Positions 29,221 to 46,325 of a stretch of 64,000 nucleotides of DNA are shown here, piece by piece. The notes under the pieces were generated by a model, which saw only the letters and a list, made by a program, of their open reading frames with translations, searched no databases and was not told where the DNA came from. Both the position numbers and the translations under genes were made by a program. The DNA comes from the human T2T-CHM13v2.0 reference genome, Homo sapiens: assembly GCF_009914755.1 (NCBI RefSeq), contig NC_060926.1, one strand, 5' to 3'. How positions within the stretch are numbered: position 1 is the stretch's first letter; each line of letters starts with the position of its first letter.

Positions 29221-29946
29221 TTTTTTTCAAATAAAATTTATTTTTCTAAATATGTCATTTGTAATAAAGTGCTAAATTTTCGGCATTAAAAGATGATAAA
29301 TTATTACAAACAATACCACTATCTATCTGCTTGACATCTTATGAGATACTTATGCCAATATCCAGAACATATTTTATATCTTGGTGTGATAAAAAGATAG
29401 CCTTTACACATGTCTCTTATGCACATGATTCCTAAGGCATATTGTTTTCTAGGCCTCCAGTGACACATAACTTTGACAGTGCATGATAACAATGCTATGT
29501 TCATGGATTAAAAATATGCATAATTTCATATTTTATTCCCCTTAGGAAATGTTATCACTGAACTTACAGTGAATGTAGTTGTCAGTATTCCACCTGTGAA
29601 GCCCAATATTACTGTAATAAATGCTCTAGAAATATGATAATTGACTTCTCTGAGTGCCAAGAAGAATCAGTAGTCAAACTAGGGCCTGCAAGAATGAGCT
29701 TCCCCTACAGCAATGTAATAAAATTTTCCAGGGTCTTAGATGGAGTATTTTCTTATAGAGCCTGATATTTTAAAAGGCAAACTTATAAAACAGATAAAAG
29801 GAATTATTTTTGTTTATTTAATAGGTAAAATTACACAGTACACTATAATAATAGTTATATAATGTTCCAAAAATAATTTGTCAGTACATATAATAGTTTT
29901 TATTTATTTCTTGATATTTAACTTACTACTTTGTACAAAGCATGCA

Positions 29947-30008
29947 TATATATATATATATGCTTATATATATATACTTATATATATGATATATATATAT
30001 ATATATAT
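29947..30008. repeat. (TA)n imperfect microsatellite
   Basis: Direct inspection. Confidence 0.9.
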
Positions 30009-30730
30009 CACAGTCAGAATGGCTACTATTAAAAAGTTAAAAAACAGCAGATGCTGGTGAGACTAACAGAGAAAAGATGCTGGTGAGACTAACAGAGAAA
30101 CACTATATACACTGTTAGTGGGAAAGTAAATTAGTTTAGCCACCGTGGACAGAAGTTTGGAGATTTCTCAAATAATTTCAAACTACCATTTGATGCAGTA
30201 ATCTCACTACTGGGTATATGCCCAAAGGAAAATAAACTGTTCTACCCAAAAGATATATATATACTTTTATGTTTATTGCAGCACTATTTACAATAGGAAA
30301 GACATAGAATCAACCTAGGTGCCCATCAACAGTGGATTGAATAAAGAAAATATGGTACATATATACCATAGAATACTATACAGCCATGAAAAAGAATGAA
30401 ATCGTGTCCTTTGCAACTGGAGGCCATTATTCCAAGTGAATTAACACAGGAACAGAAAACCAAATATCACATGTTCTCACTTATAAGTGGTAGCTGAACA
30501 CTGGGTACTCAGGGGCATAAAGATGGCAACAATAGACTGGGAACTACTAGAGATGGGAAAGACGGAGGTGGGTAAGTGTTGAAAAACTACTGGGTACTAT
30601 ATAGGCTGACTACCTGGGTGGTGTGATCAGTTGTACCCTGATCCTCAGCATCACACAATATACCCATGTAATAAACTTGTACATGTTCTCCCTGACCCTA
30701 AAATAAAAGTTGAAATTATTAAAAAGTAAA
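30009..30730 (+). mobile_element. L1PB-like 3' end, 5'-truncated
   Basis: 'cagtcagaatggctactattaaaaag...catgttctcacttataagtgg...cctaaaataaaagttgaaatt'. Confidence 0.9.
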
Positions 30731-30744
30731 GGAACTGGAAGGCG

Positions 30745-31362
30745 TTAAATGCTGCCTAACTTTGTAAGCTTCTCTTGTTTCTTCCCCATCCCCAAGCATA
30801 AAGAAGGACTCTCTCTGCAATTTCCTTATCTAAGAAAACTTCTTTCCATGAGAAATGCAGTCCTTTAAAGATCCCCTCCATAGGAATCTCATCAAATTAG
30901 CAGGAAAGTTTAATCACTGGAAAAGAGAAAACTAAAAGCTGTTACCTTGCGCAGTAGATCTTTCATCAGTTCTTTACTCCTGGATATTACCTGGTAGAGT
31001 TTATCTCATAATATGACAACCATTGTTCACAGTAAAGTTCCACCCCTCACCTTCCTGCCACCTCCCTGGGACCTCAGAGGAACTTTATCTCAGGTCATTG
31101 TTTTCTTGGCTCATTCATTTCTCCTAAAAATCATTTACTTCCCCTGTAATGTTTCCTGAAGTCTCTCACTTTCCTGTCCCCTATGAAGAGTGTATATGAG
31201 CCTCAAACATCTGGCTCTGCCTTGGGTCTCATATTTGCAGGACTGCCAAGTCCATGTATATATAAATAAACTTTGTATGCCCTTTTTTTACTACTCATCT
31301 ATTGTTGGTTCATTCCAGTGAACCCTCAGAGATGGTGAAAAGGAAGCATTCCCTTTCCTACA
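30745..31362 (+). mobile_element. ERV1 LTR, MER34/MER39-like, 5' part missing
   Basis: AATAAA then 'gtgaaccctcagagatggtgaaaaggaagcattccctttcctaca' terminus. Confidence 0.65.
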
Positions 31363-31386
31363 AAGGCATGCATAAATAAACATACA

Positions 31387-31745
31387 TTATATGGTTTGGT
31401 TCTGTGTTCCCACTCAAATCTCATCTACAATTGTAATCCCCATGCTTTAAGGGAGGAACCTAGTGGGAGGTGATTGTACCATGGGGGTGGTTTTCCTGCT
31501 GCCATTCTCGTGATAGTGAGTTCTCATGAGATCTGATGGTTTAAAAGTGGCAGTTTCCCCTGTGCTCTCTCTCTCCTGCCACCATGTGAAGAAGGTGCCT
31601 GCTTCCCCTTTGCCTTCTGCCATGATTGTAAGTTTTCTGAAGCCTCCCCCGCCATGTGAAATTGTGAGTCAATTAAACCTCTTCTGTTTATAACTTACCC
31701 AGTCTCAGATAGTAACTTCATAGCAGTGTGAAACCTGACTAAGTA
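31387..31745 (+). mobile_element. MaLR solo LTR (THE1D/MSTA-like)
   Basis: 'atatggtttggttctgtgttcccactcaaatctcatct...gagtcaattaaacctctt...gactaa'. Confidence 0.9.
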
Positions 31746-32134
31746 TTAAAAGTGTACATTCATTCATCTGTATGTTTACTCTTTTAAGAAATACTAGTTA
31801 TGACTTTTATTTCAGTGAAGTTTCTCTTGAAGGAGTGGAACATTTCTTTATAAAATAGAGCTCCAAAATGTGTAGAGATATTGAATAACATTGTTATTTT
31901 ATTCCCATGATTCCTTATTTAAGCAGGCCCTACAAAGTATAGTATCTGAACGCCCAATTCCAATCAGAGAGTTTTGCATTTCTTACTATTTTCTTCAAAT
32001 GATATTCAAGCTATTTTATTTCCTGGAAAATGCCAACATGAAAAACGTTTGGAAGTTTGAAAGACTTCTCTGATAAAATTCTAAGCTCAAAAGTGGCACT
32101 AATTACTAGCCAACATTTTATGTGTCCATTTGTT

Positions 32135-33019
<885 letters not shown>

Positions 33020-35335
33020 TAAATAGATATCAATGCCTGTAAATAGATGTAAATTTATGTTTGTATTTCTTTATTGATTTTTGGTAACCTTTTTTTTTGT
33101 GTGTGGGAAACTCTTTTTATTTTGTCGTAGCTTACAGATTCTTCAGTAAACTTGTATTCTTTGGTGATGGGCTCCAAGTATTCAAATTAGGACTGGGGTG
33201 ATTTTTGGCAGACTGCACAGGAATAGATGCTTAAAAAGTGCTTTTTCAGTTTTTATAAGCACAAAAAAGGTAGAACCTTGATTTGCTGAGAATGAAGTGT
33301 GAAAAACTTTCTAAGAACATCATATTATTTAAATTATTTTATGTCTGCATTTGTTTTTGTCTACTTAATCTGTTAGTGACTGCAATAAAGACTTCTAAAT
33401 AAATTTTAAATTTGCTATATATATTTTATTCTATCCCATCAGAGATATATAGATTTATGATTTAATATCATAATTATGATTGTATCTTTCATTAATAGTA
33501 AATGACATTTGTGACCATTTTTATCTTTTTAATGTAATTACTAATTGTATAAAATTAGTACTATCAACCTAACTTTATTTTGTTTACTTATATGTATAAT
33601 GCTTTTATTTATTTTTGCATGTAAATAATTATTAAATGTGTACTAAGTTTGCCCATTGGGCAAGGATCTGGGCATAAAATGCTCCAAAAATATAAACAAC
33701 TATAAGAAATTCCTTTCTGAAATTCTCATAAATATTTACTTATCTTTTTTTCCTCCTTAAAATTCCTGTATTGCAGTTTTTTAATAATTAAAATACAGAC
33801 AAATTTTGTTCTGCTGGCTATTTTCTTTTCCTCAGTCTGTGAATTCTTGTCTTTTATAGGTTGATTAAATCCTGTAGGTTCATTCTTCTGTCATATTGTT
33901 TTCTATTTTTATGAATTTGTGAAAAGTATTAAATTTATTTTCTAACTTGTCCTTATAAAGTGTTTTCTTGCCTTTTATTCTTCTCCAGTAAATTGACAAG
34001 CTTATAGCCTCTAATTCTTCTGGCAGTTTACGTTGACAAAATATTCTTTAACCTATGTTATTTCATCAAAAGTTGAAAGCAAAATGATGCAATTTTAAAA
34101 TTTTATTTTTTCATAATAAACAGGGATTAGGTTGTTATTAAGTTCTTTTTTAAATTTTTAATTGTGTGTATAGTAGGTATACATATTTATAGGGTACATG
34201 GGATATTTTGATACATAAATGCATAAGTAATAATCACATCAAAGTAAATGGGGTATCCATTCTTTCAAGCCTTCATCTTTTGTGTTACAATCAATTTATG
34301 TATACTATTTTAGTTACTTTAAAAAGTACAATTAAATTCTAATTGACTGTAGTCACCATGTTGTGTTATCAAATATGAAATCCTATTCTTTATAACTAAT
34401 TTTTGTAACCATTAAACATTAACCTCTTCCCCCACAACCACACTACCCTTCCTAGCATCTGGTAACCATTTTTCTACTATCTGTCTACAAGAGTTCAATT
34501 ATTTTAACTTTTAGCTCTCACAAATAAGTGAGAATGTAAGAAGTTTGTCTATACCTGTCTTATTTCACTTAACATAATGACATCTGGGTCCATCCATGTT
34601 GTTGCAAGTGACGGGATCTCATTTTTTTGTAGCTAAATAGTACTCCATTTTTTATATGTACCACATTATCTTTATCTATTGGTCTATTGGTGGACACTTA
34701 GGTTGCTTCCAAATCTTGGCTATTGTGAACAGTGCTGCACAAACATGGGAGTGCAGATATTTTTTCCATATACTGCTTTCCTTTGTTTTGGGTATATCCC
34801 TAGTAGTGGGATTGCTGGATCATATGGTAGTTCTATCTTTAGCTTTTAAGGAACCTCCAAACTGTTCTCCATAGTGGTTGTACTACTTTACATTCCCACC
34901 AACAGTGTATGAGGGGTCCCCCTTCTTCATATCCTTGCCACCATTTGTTATTGTCTGTCTTTTTGATATAAGCCATTTTAACTGGGGTGAAATTATATCT
35001 CATTGTAGTTTTGATGTGCATTTCATCGATCTTTTTATATGCCAGTTTGCCATTTGTATATCTTCTTTTGAGAAATGTCTATTCAAATATTTTGCCCATT
35101 TTTTTGAGTGGATTATTAGATTTTTCCTATAGAGTTGTTTGAGTTCCTTCTGTATTCTGGTTATTTATCCTTTATCAGATACAGAGTTTGCAAATATTTT
35201 CTCCTATTCTGTTAGTTGACTCTTCACTGTGTTGATTGTTTCCTTTACTGTGTTGAAACCTTTAATTTGATGTGATCTGATTTGTTTACTTTTGCTTTGA
35301 TTGCCTGTGCTTGTGGAATATTACTTTAGACATCT

Positions 35336-37036
<1,701 letters not shown>

Positions 37037-40000
37037 TTAGACATCTTTGCCCAATGCAATGACCTGGAGAGCTTCCCCAATGTTTTCTTTTAGCAGTTTC
37101 ATAGTTTGAGGTCTTAGGTTTAAGTCTTTAACCCATTTATATTGATTTTTATTTATGGCAAGAGATAGTGGCCTAGTTTCATTGTTCTGCATATGGATAT
37201 TCAGTTTTCCCAGCACTATTTATGGAAGAGATTTTCCTTTCGCCTTTGTGTGTTCTTAGCACTTGTTTTCAAAAATGAGTTCACTGTAGATATATGTATT
37301 TGTTTCTGCATTCTCTATTCTGTTCCATTGGCCTATATATCTTTTTATGCCAGTACCATGCTGTTTTGGTTACTTTAGGTCTGTAGTATAGTTTGAAGTC
37401 AGGTAATGTGATTCCTCTAATTTTGTTCTTTTAGCTCAGGGTAGTCTTGGCTATTCTGGGTCTTTTGTGGCTGCACATAAATTTTAGAATTGCTTTTTCT
37501 TTCTGGGAAAGTCATTGGTATTTTGATAGGGATTGTATAAAATCCATAGATTTCTTTGGGTAATATGGACACTTTAACAATATTCTTCCAATCTATGAAT
37601 ATGGAATATTCTTTCATTTTTTGTCTCCTCTTCAGTTTCTTGAATCAGTGTTCTAGTTTTCATTGTATATGTTTCACTTCTCTGGTTAATTCTTAGATAT
37701 TTAATTTTATTTATAACTATTGTAAATGAGATTACTTTCTTGATTTTTTTTTCAAATTCTATACTGTTGGCATGTAGAAATGTAGAAATGCTACAGATTT
37801 TTGCCTGTTGATTTTGTTTCCTGCAACTCTACTGAATGTATCAGTTCTAATGGTGTTTTGGTGGAGTCTTGGATTTCTCCAAATATAAGATTATATTATC
37901 TGCAAACAAGTATAATTTGAATTCTTTCTTTCCAATTTTGAAGCACTTTATTTCTTTATCTTGTCTGATTGCTTTAGCTGGGACTTCCAGCACTATGTTG
38001 AATAACAGTGGTGGCAGTGGGCATCTGTGTCATATTCTAGATCTTTGAGAAAAAGCTTTCAGTTGTTCCTCATTTAGTATACTACTAGCTGTGAGTCTGT
38101 TGTATATGGCTTTAATATGTTGAGGTATGTTCCTTCTATTCCCAGTTTTTTTAAGATTTTTGTCATGAAGAGATGTTGAATTTTATCAAATACTTTTTCG
38201 GCATCAATTGAAATGATCATATGGTTTTTTTCCTTCATTCTGTTGGTAAAATGCATTGCATCGATTGATTTGCATATGTTAAACCATCCTTGCATCCTTG
38301 GGATAAATCCCACTTGGTCATGATGAGTCATCTTTGTAATGTATTGTTGAATTTGGTTTGCTAGTATTTTATTGAGGATTTTTGCATCAGTGTTCATCAG
38401 GAATATTAGCCTGTAGTTTTCTTTCTTTCTTTCTTTCTTTTTTTTTTTTTTTTGATGTGTCTTTGTTTCGTTTAGGTATCATGGTTAACAGTGGACTCAT
38501 ATAATGGGTTCGGAAAAATTCCCTCCTCCCCTATTTCTTGGGATAGTTTTAGAGGGATTGGTATTAGGTCTTCTTTAAATGTTTGGTAACATTCAGCAGT
38601 GAAGCCATCAGTTCCTGGCTTTTCTTTGCTGGGAGAGTTTTTATTATGGCTTTGACCTCATTACTTACTATTGGTCTGTTCAGGTTTTGGATTTCTTTAT
38701 GGGTTAATCTTGGTAGGTTGTATGTATCTAGGAACTTATCCATTTCTTCTAAGTTTTTGAATGTATTGGCATATAGTTGCTCATAGTATCCTGTAATAAT
38801 CCTTTTAATTTCTGTGGTATTAGTTGAAATAACTCTTTTTTCATCCCTGATTTTATTTATTTGGGTCTTCTCTCTTTTTTCACAGTCTGGTTTAAAGTTT
38901 GTTAACTTCGTTTATCTTTCAAAAACCAACTTTTTGTTTCATTAATCTTTTGTATTTTTTTCCTTTCAATTTCATTTATTTCTTCTATGATCTTTATTAT
39001 TTATTTTATTATTCTAACTTTGGGTTTGGTTTGCTCTTTTGTAGTTCTTTAAGATACATCATGAGGTTGTTTATGTGTAGTTTTTCTTTTTTGATGTAGG
39101 CACTTATAGCTATAAACTTTCCTCTTAGTACTGTTTTCACTATATTCCATACATTTTGGTAAGTTTAGTTTCAATTATCCTTTGTTTCAAGAAATTTTTC
39201 AATTTCCTTCTTAATCACTTCCTTGACCCACTGATCATTCAGGAGCATATTGTTTAATTTCCATGTGTTTGTATAGTTTCCAATATTCCTCTTGTTATTG
39301 AATTGTAGTTTTATTCCATTGTGTTCAGATAAGATGCTTAATATTATTTCAACTTTTTGAATGTCTTAAGACTTGTTTTGTGACCTAATATATGGTCTAT
39401 CCTTGAGAATGATCCATATGCTGATGAAAGAATGTGTATTCTGCAGCTGTTGCATGAAAAGTTCTGTTAATATCTGTTAGGTCCATTTGTTCTATAGTAT
39501 GGATTATCAAATGTTTCTTTGTTGATTTTCTGTCTGGGAGATCTCTCTAGTGCTCAAAGTGAGGCATTGAAGTCTCTAGCTATTTTTATATTGGAGTCTA
39601 TCTTTTTATCTCTAATAATATTTACTTTATATAGCTGGGTGCTTTGGTGTTGGGTGCATATATATCATCATACTGAATTGATCCCTTTATCATTATATGA
39701 TGACTTTCTTTGTCTTTTCTTATGGTTTTTTTATGAAATCTATTAGTCTGGTTTCTGTCGGCATGGAATAACTTTTTCCATCCCTTTATTTTCTTCTTAT
39801 GTGTATCTTTATAGGTAAAGTGTGTTTCTTATAGGCAACAGATTACTGGGTCTTATTTTCTCATCAATTTAGCCACTCTATGTCTTTTAATTGGAGAGTT
39901 TAGTCCATTTATATTTAATGTTATTAATGACCTACTCTGGCCATTTTGTTTTTTGTTGTCTAGTTGTTTCATGTTTTTCTCTTCTTTCCTTCCTCTCTTC

Positions 40001-43000
40001 CTTTTATTGAAGGTGATTTTCTATGGTGATTTGTTTTAATTTCTTGCATCTTATTTTTTGTGTACTCATTGTATGTTTTTAGATTTGAGGTTACCATGAG
40101 GCTTGAAAATATCTGATAATCTATTATTTTAAACTAATGACAACTTGACACTCTTTGCATAAATAAACTAACAAAAAGAAAACTTGTATAAGTTCTACAT
40201 ATACTATGTCTTGAAAAGTTATTGTAGTTATTATTTTTGATTAGTTCATTTTTCTGTTTTTCTACTTAACATATGAGTAATCTACACACCACAATTACAA
40301 TGTGATAATATTCTGTGTTTTCCTGATTCTTTACTATTACCAGTGACCTTTGTATCTTCAGATGATTTCTTATTGCTCATTAACACATTTCTTTCTGATT
40401 GAATGACTCCCTTTAGCATTTCTTGTAGGACAGGTCTGGTGTTGAAATTCCAGAGCTTTTCTTTGTCTGGGAAAGTCTTTATTTTTCCTTCATGTTTGGA
40501 AGGGCCTGGCTATACTATTCTAGGATATTTTTTTTTTCCTTCAGCACTTTAAATATGTCATGCCATTCTCTTGGTCAGTGAGGTTTCCACTGAAAAGTCT
40601 GCTGCCAGAGGTATTGGAGCTCCATTGCATATTATTTGTTTCTTTTCTCTTGCTGCTTTTAGGATCTTCTCTTTATCCTTGATCTTTGGAAGTTTGACTA
40701 TTAAATGCACTGAGGTAGTCTTCTTTGGGTTAAATCTCCTTGGTGTTGTATAACTTTCTTGTTCTTGAATATTGGTATTTCTCTCTAGATTTGAGAAGTT
40801 CATTGTTATTACCCTTTTGAATAAATTTTCTACCCCGTCTCTCTCTTTCTCTCTACTACCTCTTTTTTAAAGCCAGTGACTTAGATTTGCCCTTTTGAGC
40901 CTATTTTCTAGGTCTTGTAGGTGTGCTTATTCTTTTTTATTCTTTCTTCTTTTGTCTCCTCTGACTGATGTTTTCAAATAGCCTGTCTTTAGGCTCACTA
41001 ATGCTTTCTTCTGTTTTATCCATTCTGCTATTAAGAGACTCTGATGCATTCTTTCGTATGTCAGTTGCATTTTTCAACTCCAGAATTTCTTCTTGATTTT
41101 TCTTTATTATTTCAATTTCTTTGTTAAATGTATTTGATAGGATTCTGAATTACTTTCTGTGTTATTTTAAATTTCTTGAGTTTCATCACAACTATTTTGA
41201 ATTCTCTTTCTGAAAGACCACATATCTCTGTCTCTCTGGGATTGTTCCATGGTGCTGTATTTAGTTCCTTTGGTGAGGTTATGTTTTTCTGGATTGTCCT
41301 GATGCTTGTGGATATACTTCAGTGTCTGGGCATTGAAGAGTTAGGTATTTATTATCGTTTTCACAGTCTGGGTTGGTTTGTACCTGTCCTTGTTCAGAAG
41401 GCTTTTCAGGTATTTGAAGAGGCTTCAGTGTTTTGGTCCAAGTTTTTGGTCACTAGAGCCATATCTGCATTAGGGAGTACCCAAAGCCCCGTAAAGCTGT
41501 GGTTCTTGAAGACTTGTAAGGGTATCACCTTGGTGGTCTTGGATAAGATTCAAAAGAATGATCTGGATTGCCAGGTAGAGACTCTTGTTCCCTTTGCTTA
41601 CTTTCTCCTGAATAGAGTCCCTCTCTCTGTGCTGAGCTGTCCACAGCTGGAGGATGGGTGACACAATCACCCCTGTGGCTACCACCACTGAGACTGCACT
41701 GGCTTAAACCTAAAGCCAGCATAGTACTGGTTCTCACCCAAGGCCCACTGTAACCACTACCTGGCTAATGCCTACATTCAGCAAGGCCCTGGGCTCTAAC
41801 AATCAGCAGATAGCAAAGCCAGCCAAATTCGCATCCTTCCCTTAAGAGAAACAAGTTCTCCTGGGCTCTAACTGGGTCCAGAGTTGCTGTCTGGGAGCCA
41901 GGGCCTAGAGTCAGAAACCTTAGAAATTTCCCTGAAACCGTAAGACAAAGTTCTTCCCACTTTTTTCTTTTGTGACCCCAGAAAGATGAGCTGGTGTCAT
42001 CCACCACCAGCTCAGGCCCACAGGGAGTACCACCAGGGCATTGCCAATGTGCACATAAGGCTCAAGTGTCTCATCGGTAAGCCTGTGGTGAATGCTGCTA
42101 GGCCTAGGACTCGCTCTTCAGGGATGTGGGCTCCCTGTTGCCCCTGGTAGGCCCAGAAAAGCCATCTAAGAGTCAAGGCCTGAAATTAAGGACCCTCAGA
42201 GCCCACTTGGTGCCCTTCCCCACTATGGCCAAGCAAGTACCTAAGGTGTAAGTCAAAGTCCCCTTTACTCTTCCCTCTGCTTTTCTCAAACAGAAAGAAT
42301 CTTTCTTTCTAGCCACCACAGCTGTGAATGTGCTGGATCACACCTGAAGGCAGTGCATCTCAGAATCTCACCCAAGTCCCACAGTGCATACTACTTAATT
42401 ACTGCTGCTGAATATTTAGGGCCCAGGGACTATTTCATCAGTAGGTAATGAATCCTTCAAGGACCGGGTCCTTCCCTTCAAGGCAGCAGGTTCCCTTCTG
42501 GCCCAAGATGTATCTAGAAATGTCATGCAGGAATGACGGCCTAGAATAAGGGCCTCATGACTTTACCCAGTGCATTATCCTACTGCGGCTGAGATGGTAT
42601 CCAAGTTGCAAAACAATGTCCCCTTTACTCTTCCTTCTCCTCTCATGAAGTGGAAGGAAGGGGTCTCTTTTGGAGCTGTGAGCTGCACTGTCTGGGGTTG
42701 TAGGAGGGGTGGCACAAGGACTCTCTTAGCCACCATGGCTTGTGTCTTTACTAGGTCACACGACCCCAAGTCCACTGGCTCCATTGCCAGCACAGCACTA
42801 GAACTTTCCTAGGAGTTTCAGTCTTTGTGGCCTAGACTGCCTTTCAAGTTTATTTGGAACCCCAGAGCCGTTTAGCCCTCTGTAGCAAGGCTTGCCGAAA
42901 CTGAAGTTCCAACCAGTGGGATGGCAATTTCTCTGTGGCTAGGGCTGGTCTAAATTCTCCCTCCATGGACATCAACTGAGTTCTTCCTGGTGTTGGCAGC

Positions 43001-43756
43001 ACTGAGTTCCAATGCAAAATCCCACCACTGTGTGGTCCCTCCCTAAAGCACACAGATTCTCTATCTGGGTCACTCATTCACTACTGTGGGATGGGTGAGG
43101 GGTAGTGTTGGCAAATCAAGACTGTCTACCCTCTTCAATGGTCTTTAGTGCCTCTTTCAGTGATATGAAATTAAAAACAGGTACTGTAATTTCCCACCTG
43201 ATTTTTGGTTCTTATAAAGGTGGTTTTTTTGTGTAGTTAGTTGTTAAATTTGGTGTTCCTGCAGGAAGGATAATTGGTAGAGGTTTCTATTTGGCCATCT
43301 TGCTCTGCCTTTCTCCAGTAAGTTGTTCTTTTATTAGTAAATTATTATTTTCATGTAAAATGTGTAATTCATTGTGAAAAATTATGAGTTAATTTTTGTC
43401 TTCTATTTTGGTTCCACATTTACACCAACTACTTGACATTATCCTGTATTGGATTTTGCTCAGTACTCCCTGAATCTCATTTACTTCTTTCGAAGGCCCA
43501 CTTTCAGTCCTTTTCCATCACAAATTTCCCAAATCTGAATTCTTTTATGATTCCTATTTTGTTGACTGACAAATATTTTTATGCATTTGTCTTTCGGGAC
43601 ATTTGTATTATAAGTGCTGTGTTTTCTGAGGTTTTGAATAGCTTATGACCTATACATATCAATGATATATGGTAGAATAAGGGTCTGATTTATAACTCTT
43701 TCTCAAAATTCCTTAGTTGTTGCTTTATTTTATTTTAATTTATTGTTGAAAAGTGA

Positions 43757-44065
<309 letters not shown>

Positions 44066-44489
44066 GAACCATGACTTTTTATCTTTGATTGCAGCTGATA
44101 TTTCTCCCTGCCAAAATGCTTTTCAATTCATAATTCAGGTGTTTTTTTTTTTAACCTCATATTTTCAGAGGATTCCTTTCTTACATTTGTGTCAAATTAG
44201 ATGAAGTCCTGTTAACTAACATTCAAAGTTCTTCATGGTTGTCGTTGTTGTGTTGGTAGTTTTTGTTTTATTTTACATTCATTTGTTTGCTTGTTTGTAT
44301 TCAGCTCAGGAAAATTTTCTTCATTTGTGTCATGGATTTTCATTTGTCTTCAATTCTGCATGTTCGTTTTTACAAAAGTTATAACACTAAAGCCTGCAAA
44401 TCCCCTTCCCTTATCTCCTTGAACTGTCTCTTCATCCTAGGAGAGCTTATGTATGCCACATCACCTGTTTGGTATTGTAATCATAAATG

Positions 44490-44690
44490 ACATTTAGCAT
44501 TTTAAAACTTTACAATATTAATTAATTTAATCCTCTTAATCATATGTTGAATATGTGATGATTCTTACCCCATTTTATAAACAGAGACATAACCAGGTTT
44601 TATAATTTGCTCACTATAATGTGACTAGTAAGAGAAAACGCAGTCTTGCTCCAAACCCCATGCTGTTGAACACTGGGCTATATTGCCTCT
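44490..44690 (-). mobile_element. MIR
   Basis: 'aatttaatcctctta...cccattttataaacagagacat...aatttgctca...ctagtaag...ctccaaacccc'. Confidence 0.7.
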
Positions 44691-44717
44691 GAAAAGGAAA
44701 TTTTTGCTTTTAATTCT

Positions 44718-45021
44718 CTTTATTTTTTTAATTTTTTATTTTTTTGAGCACTCACTCTGTCACCCAGGATGGAGTGCAGTGGCACAATCTTGGCTCACTG
44801 CAACCTCCTTCCCCCCGGGTTCAAGTGGTTCTCCTGCCTCAGCCTCGTGAGTAGCTGGGATTACAGGCACTTGCCACGGCGCCTGGCTAATTTTTGTATT
44901 TTTAGTAGAGATGGGGTTTCATCATCTTGGCCAGGCTGATCTTGAACTCCTGACCTCGTGATCCACCTCCCCTGTCCTCCCAAAGTGCTGGGATTACAGG
45001 CATGAGCCACCATGCCTGGCA
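44718..45021 (-). mobile_element. AluSg-like
   Basis: Two arms; TSD cttttaattct at 44707 and 45022. Confidence 0.94.
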
Positions 45022-45032
45022 CTTTTAATTCT

Positions 45033-45659
45033 TGTTGGGGCTCAGAACACGATACCCCGAAGTATGGCACCTTGGCATGCTGAATACTTTGAACTGAAGG
45101 ACATCAGAAGGCTTTGGAATCAATGTCTTTCTGACTTTCTCCCGTCTTCCTGTCTCTCATCCCTCTTTCTCCCCTGAAGCAAGTGACAAAAACCTGAATT
45201 CCTCCTTCTCACTATGGGTCATAGAAAGTACAGTCCCTCTCCCTCAAAGGAAGACATAAAACCTAGAAAGGTCACTCTCTTCCTTCTCCCTTCTTCCTTG
45301 AAGACCTTTATTCCAGAGGAGTCCAGCCCTATACCTAGGAGAGAGGAATCCTACACAGAGAGGCCAAGAAGAATTGGAACAGACAGTCCTTGCTAGGTTT
45401 TCCCCTCAGTCTATTACCAAGAGATCAAACTATTTTGTCCAATCACATTTTTACACAACTGTCCATTCTTCATCAACCTAAGCTTAAAGATAGACAGTTT
45501 TCTTTGGGCCTTTGGATCTTCATTTCTGAAGGCCCTCACGTATGTAAATCTTCGATTCAATAAATTTGCCATGCTTTTCTCTTGGTCACCTGACTTTTAA
45601 GAGAGTCAGCATGACCAAGTGATAGGCGAGGAAAGGTATCAAACCATTCCACCTCTACA
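45033..45659 (+). mobile_element. ERV1 solo LTR (MER39/LTR48/LTR29-like)
   Basis: TGTTGGGGCTCAGAACACGATACCCC...AATAAA...CTCTACA; TG..CA termini. Confidence 0.8.
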
Positions 45660-46117
45660 CTATCTCTACACTATCTACAATGCAAATTTTAATTCTGCTA
45701 TGAAATTTATATATATGTTTCATATAATACTTTTTGATTCAAATTTCCTTTGAATTTCAGTCTTCAATTACTGTGCTGCCTTCTCTTTTTCATATCGCTG
45801 TGTTCTTCCTTCATTTTAATTATTCTTTCTGGAAACCACACTTTTAATATATTTTTGTATCCTAAGCATTATTCTAATTTCTATAATATATTCTCCTGGC
45901 TCTGTCCTCCAGATATTATCCTTCCTCGCTTCAAATACTGTTTTCTTTGTCTTGTAGACTGTAAATGCTATTGTTGCAGCAGGTGTTTTCTCTCTGCTCA
46001 TTTTCAGATGAGTAGAGATCCACCAGACTGTTTCCTAACATATATAGTGTATGAATTGTATTAACCCTGGTATAACCATATTTTATACCTACAAGTGGAG
46101 AGCAGAGGCATGAGGCA

Positions 46118-46325
46118 TGTGTGTGAATGTGTGTGTATGTATGTATGTATCTATGTATGTGTGTGTGTATATATATATATTATTATATATATTATAATAT
46201 ATATAATATATTATATATATTATAATATATATATAATATATATATATTATATATATATTATATATATATTATATATATTATATATTATATATATATTATA
46301 AAATATATATATTATATATATATAA
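46118..46325. repeat. (TG)n/(TATG)n followed by about 155 bp of pure A/T (TA)n-like low complexity
   Basis: Direct inspection. Confidence 0.95.

Noticed and set aside
29934-31378. tacaaagcatgcata / tacaaaggcatgcata as TSDs of an L1PB with 3' transduction of the MER34-like LTR
   Set aside because: No second poly-A precedes the downstream copy and part of the match is the LTR's own terminal TACA. It could be chance and cannot be supported without orthologues.
38074-38397. Reverse-transcriptase-like ORF
   Set aside because: A fragment of dead L1MA ORF2 bounded by frameshifts and stops, not an independent RT gene.
46095-46301. ORF rich in Y/I/C/V
   Set aside because: Translation of (TG)n/(TA)n microsatellite.
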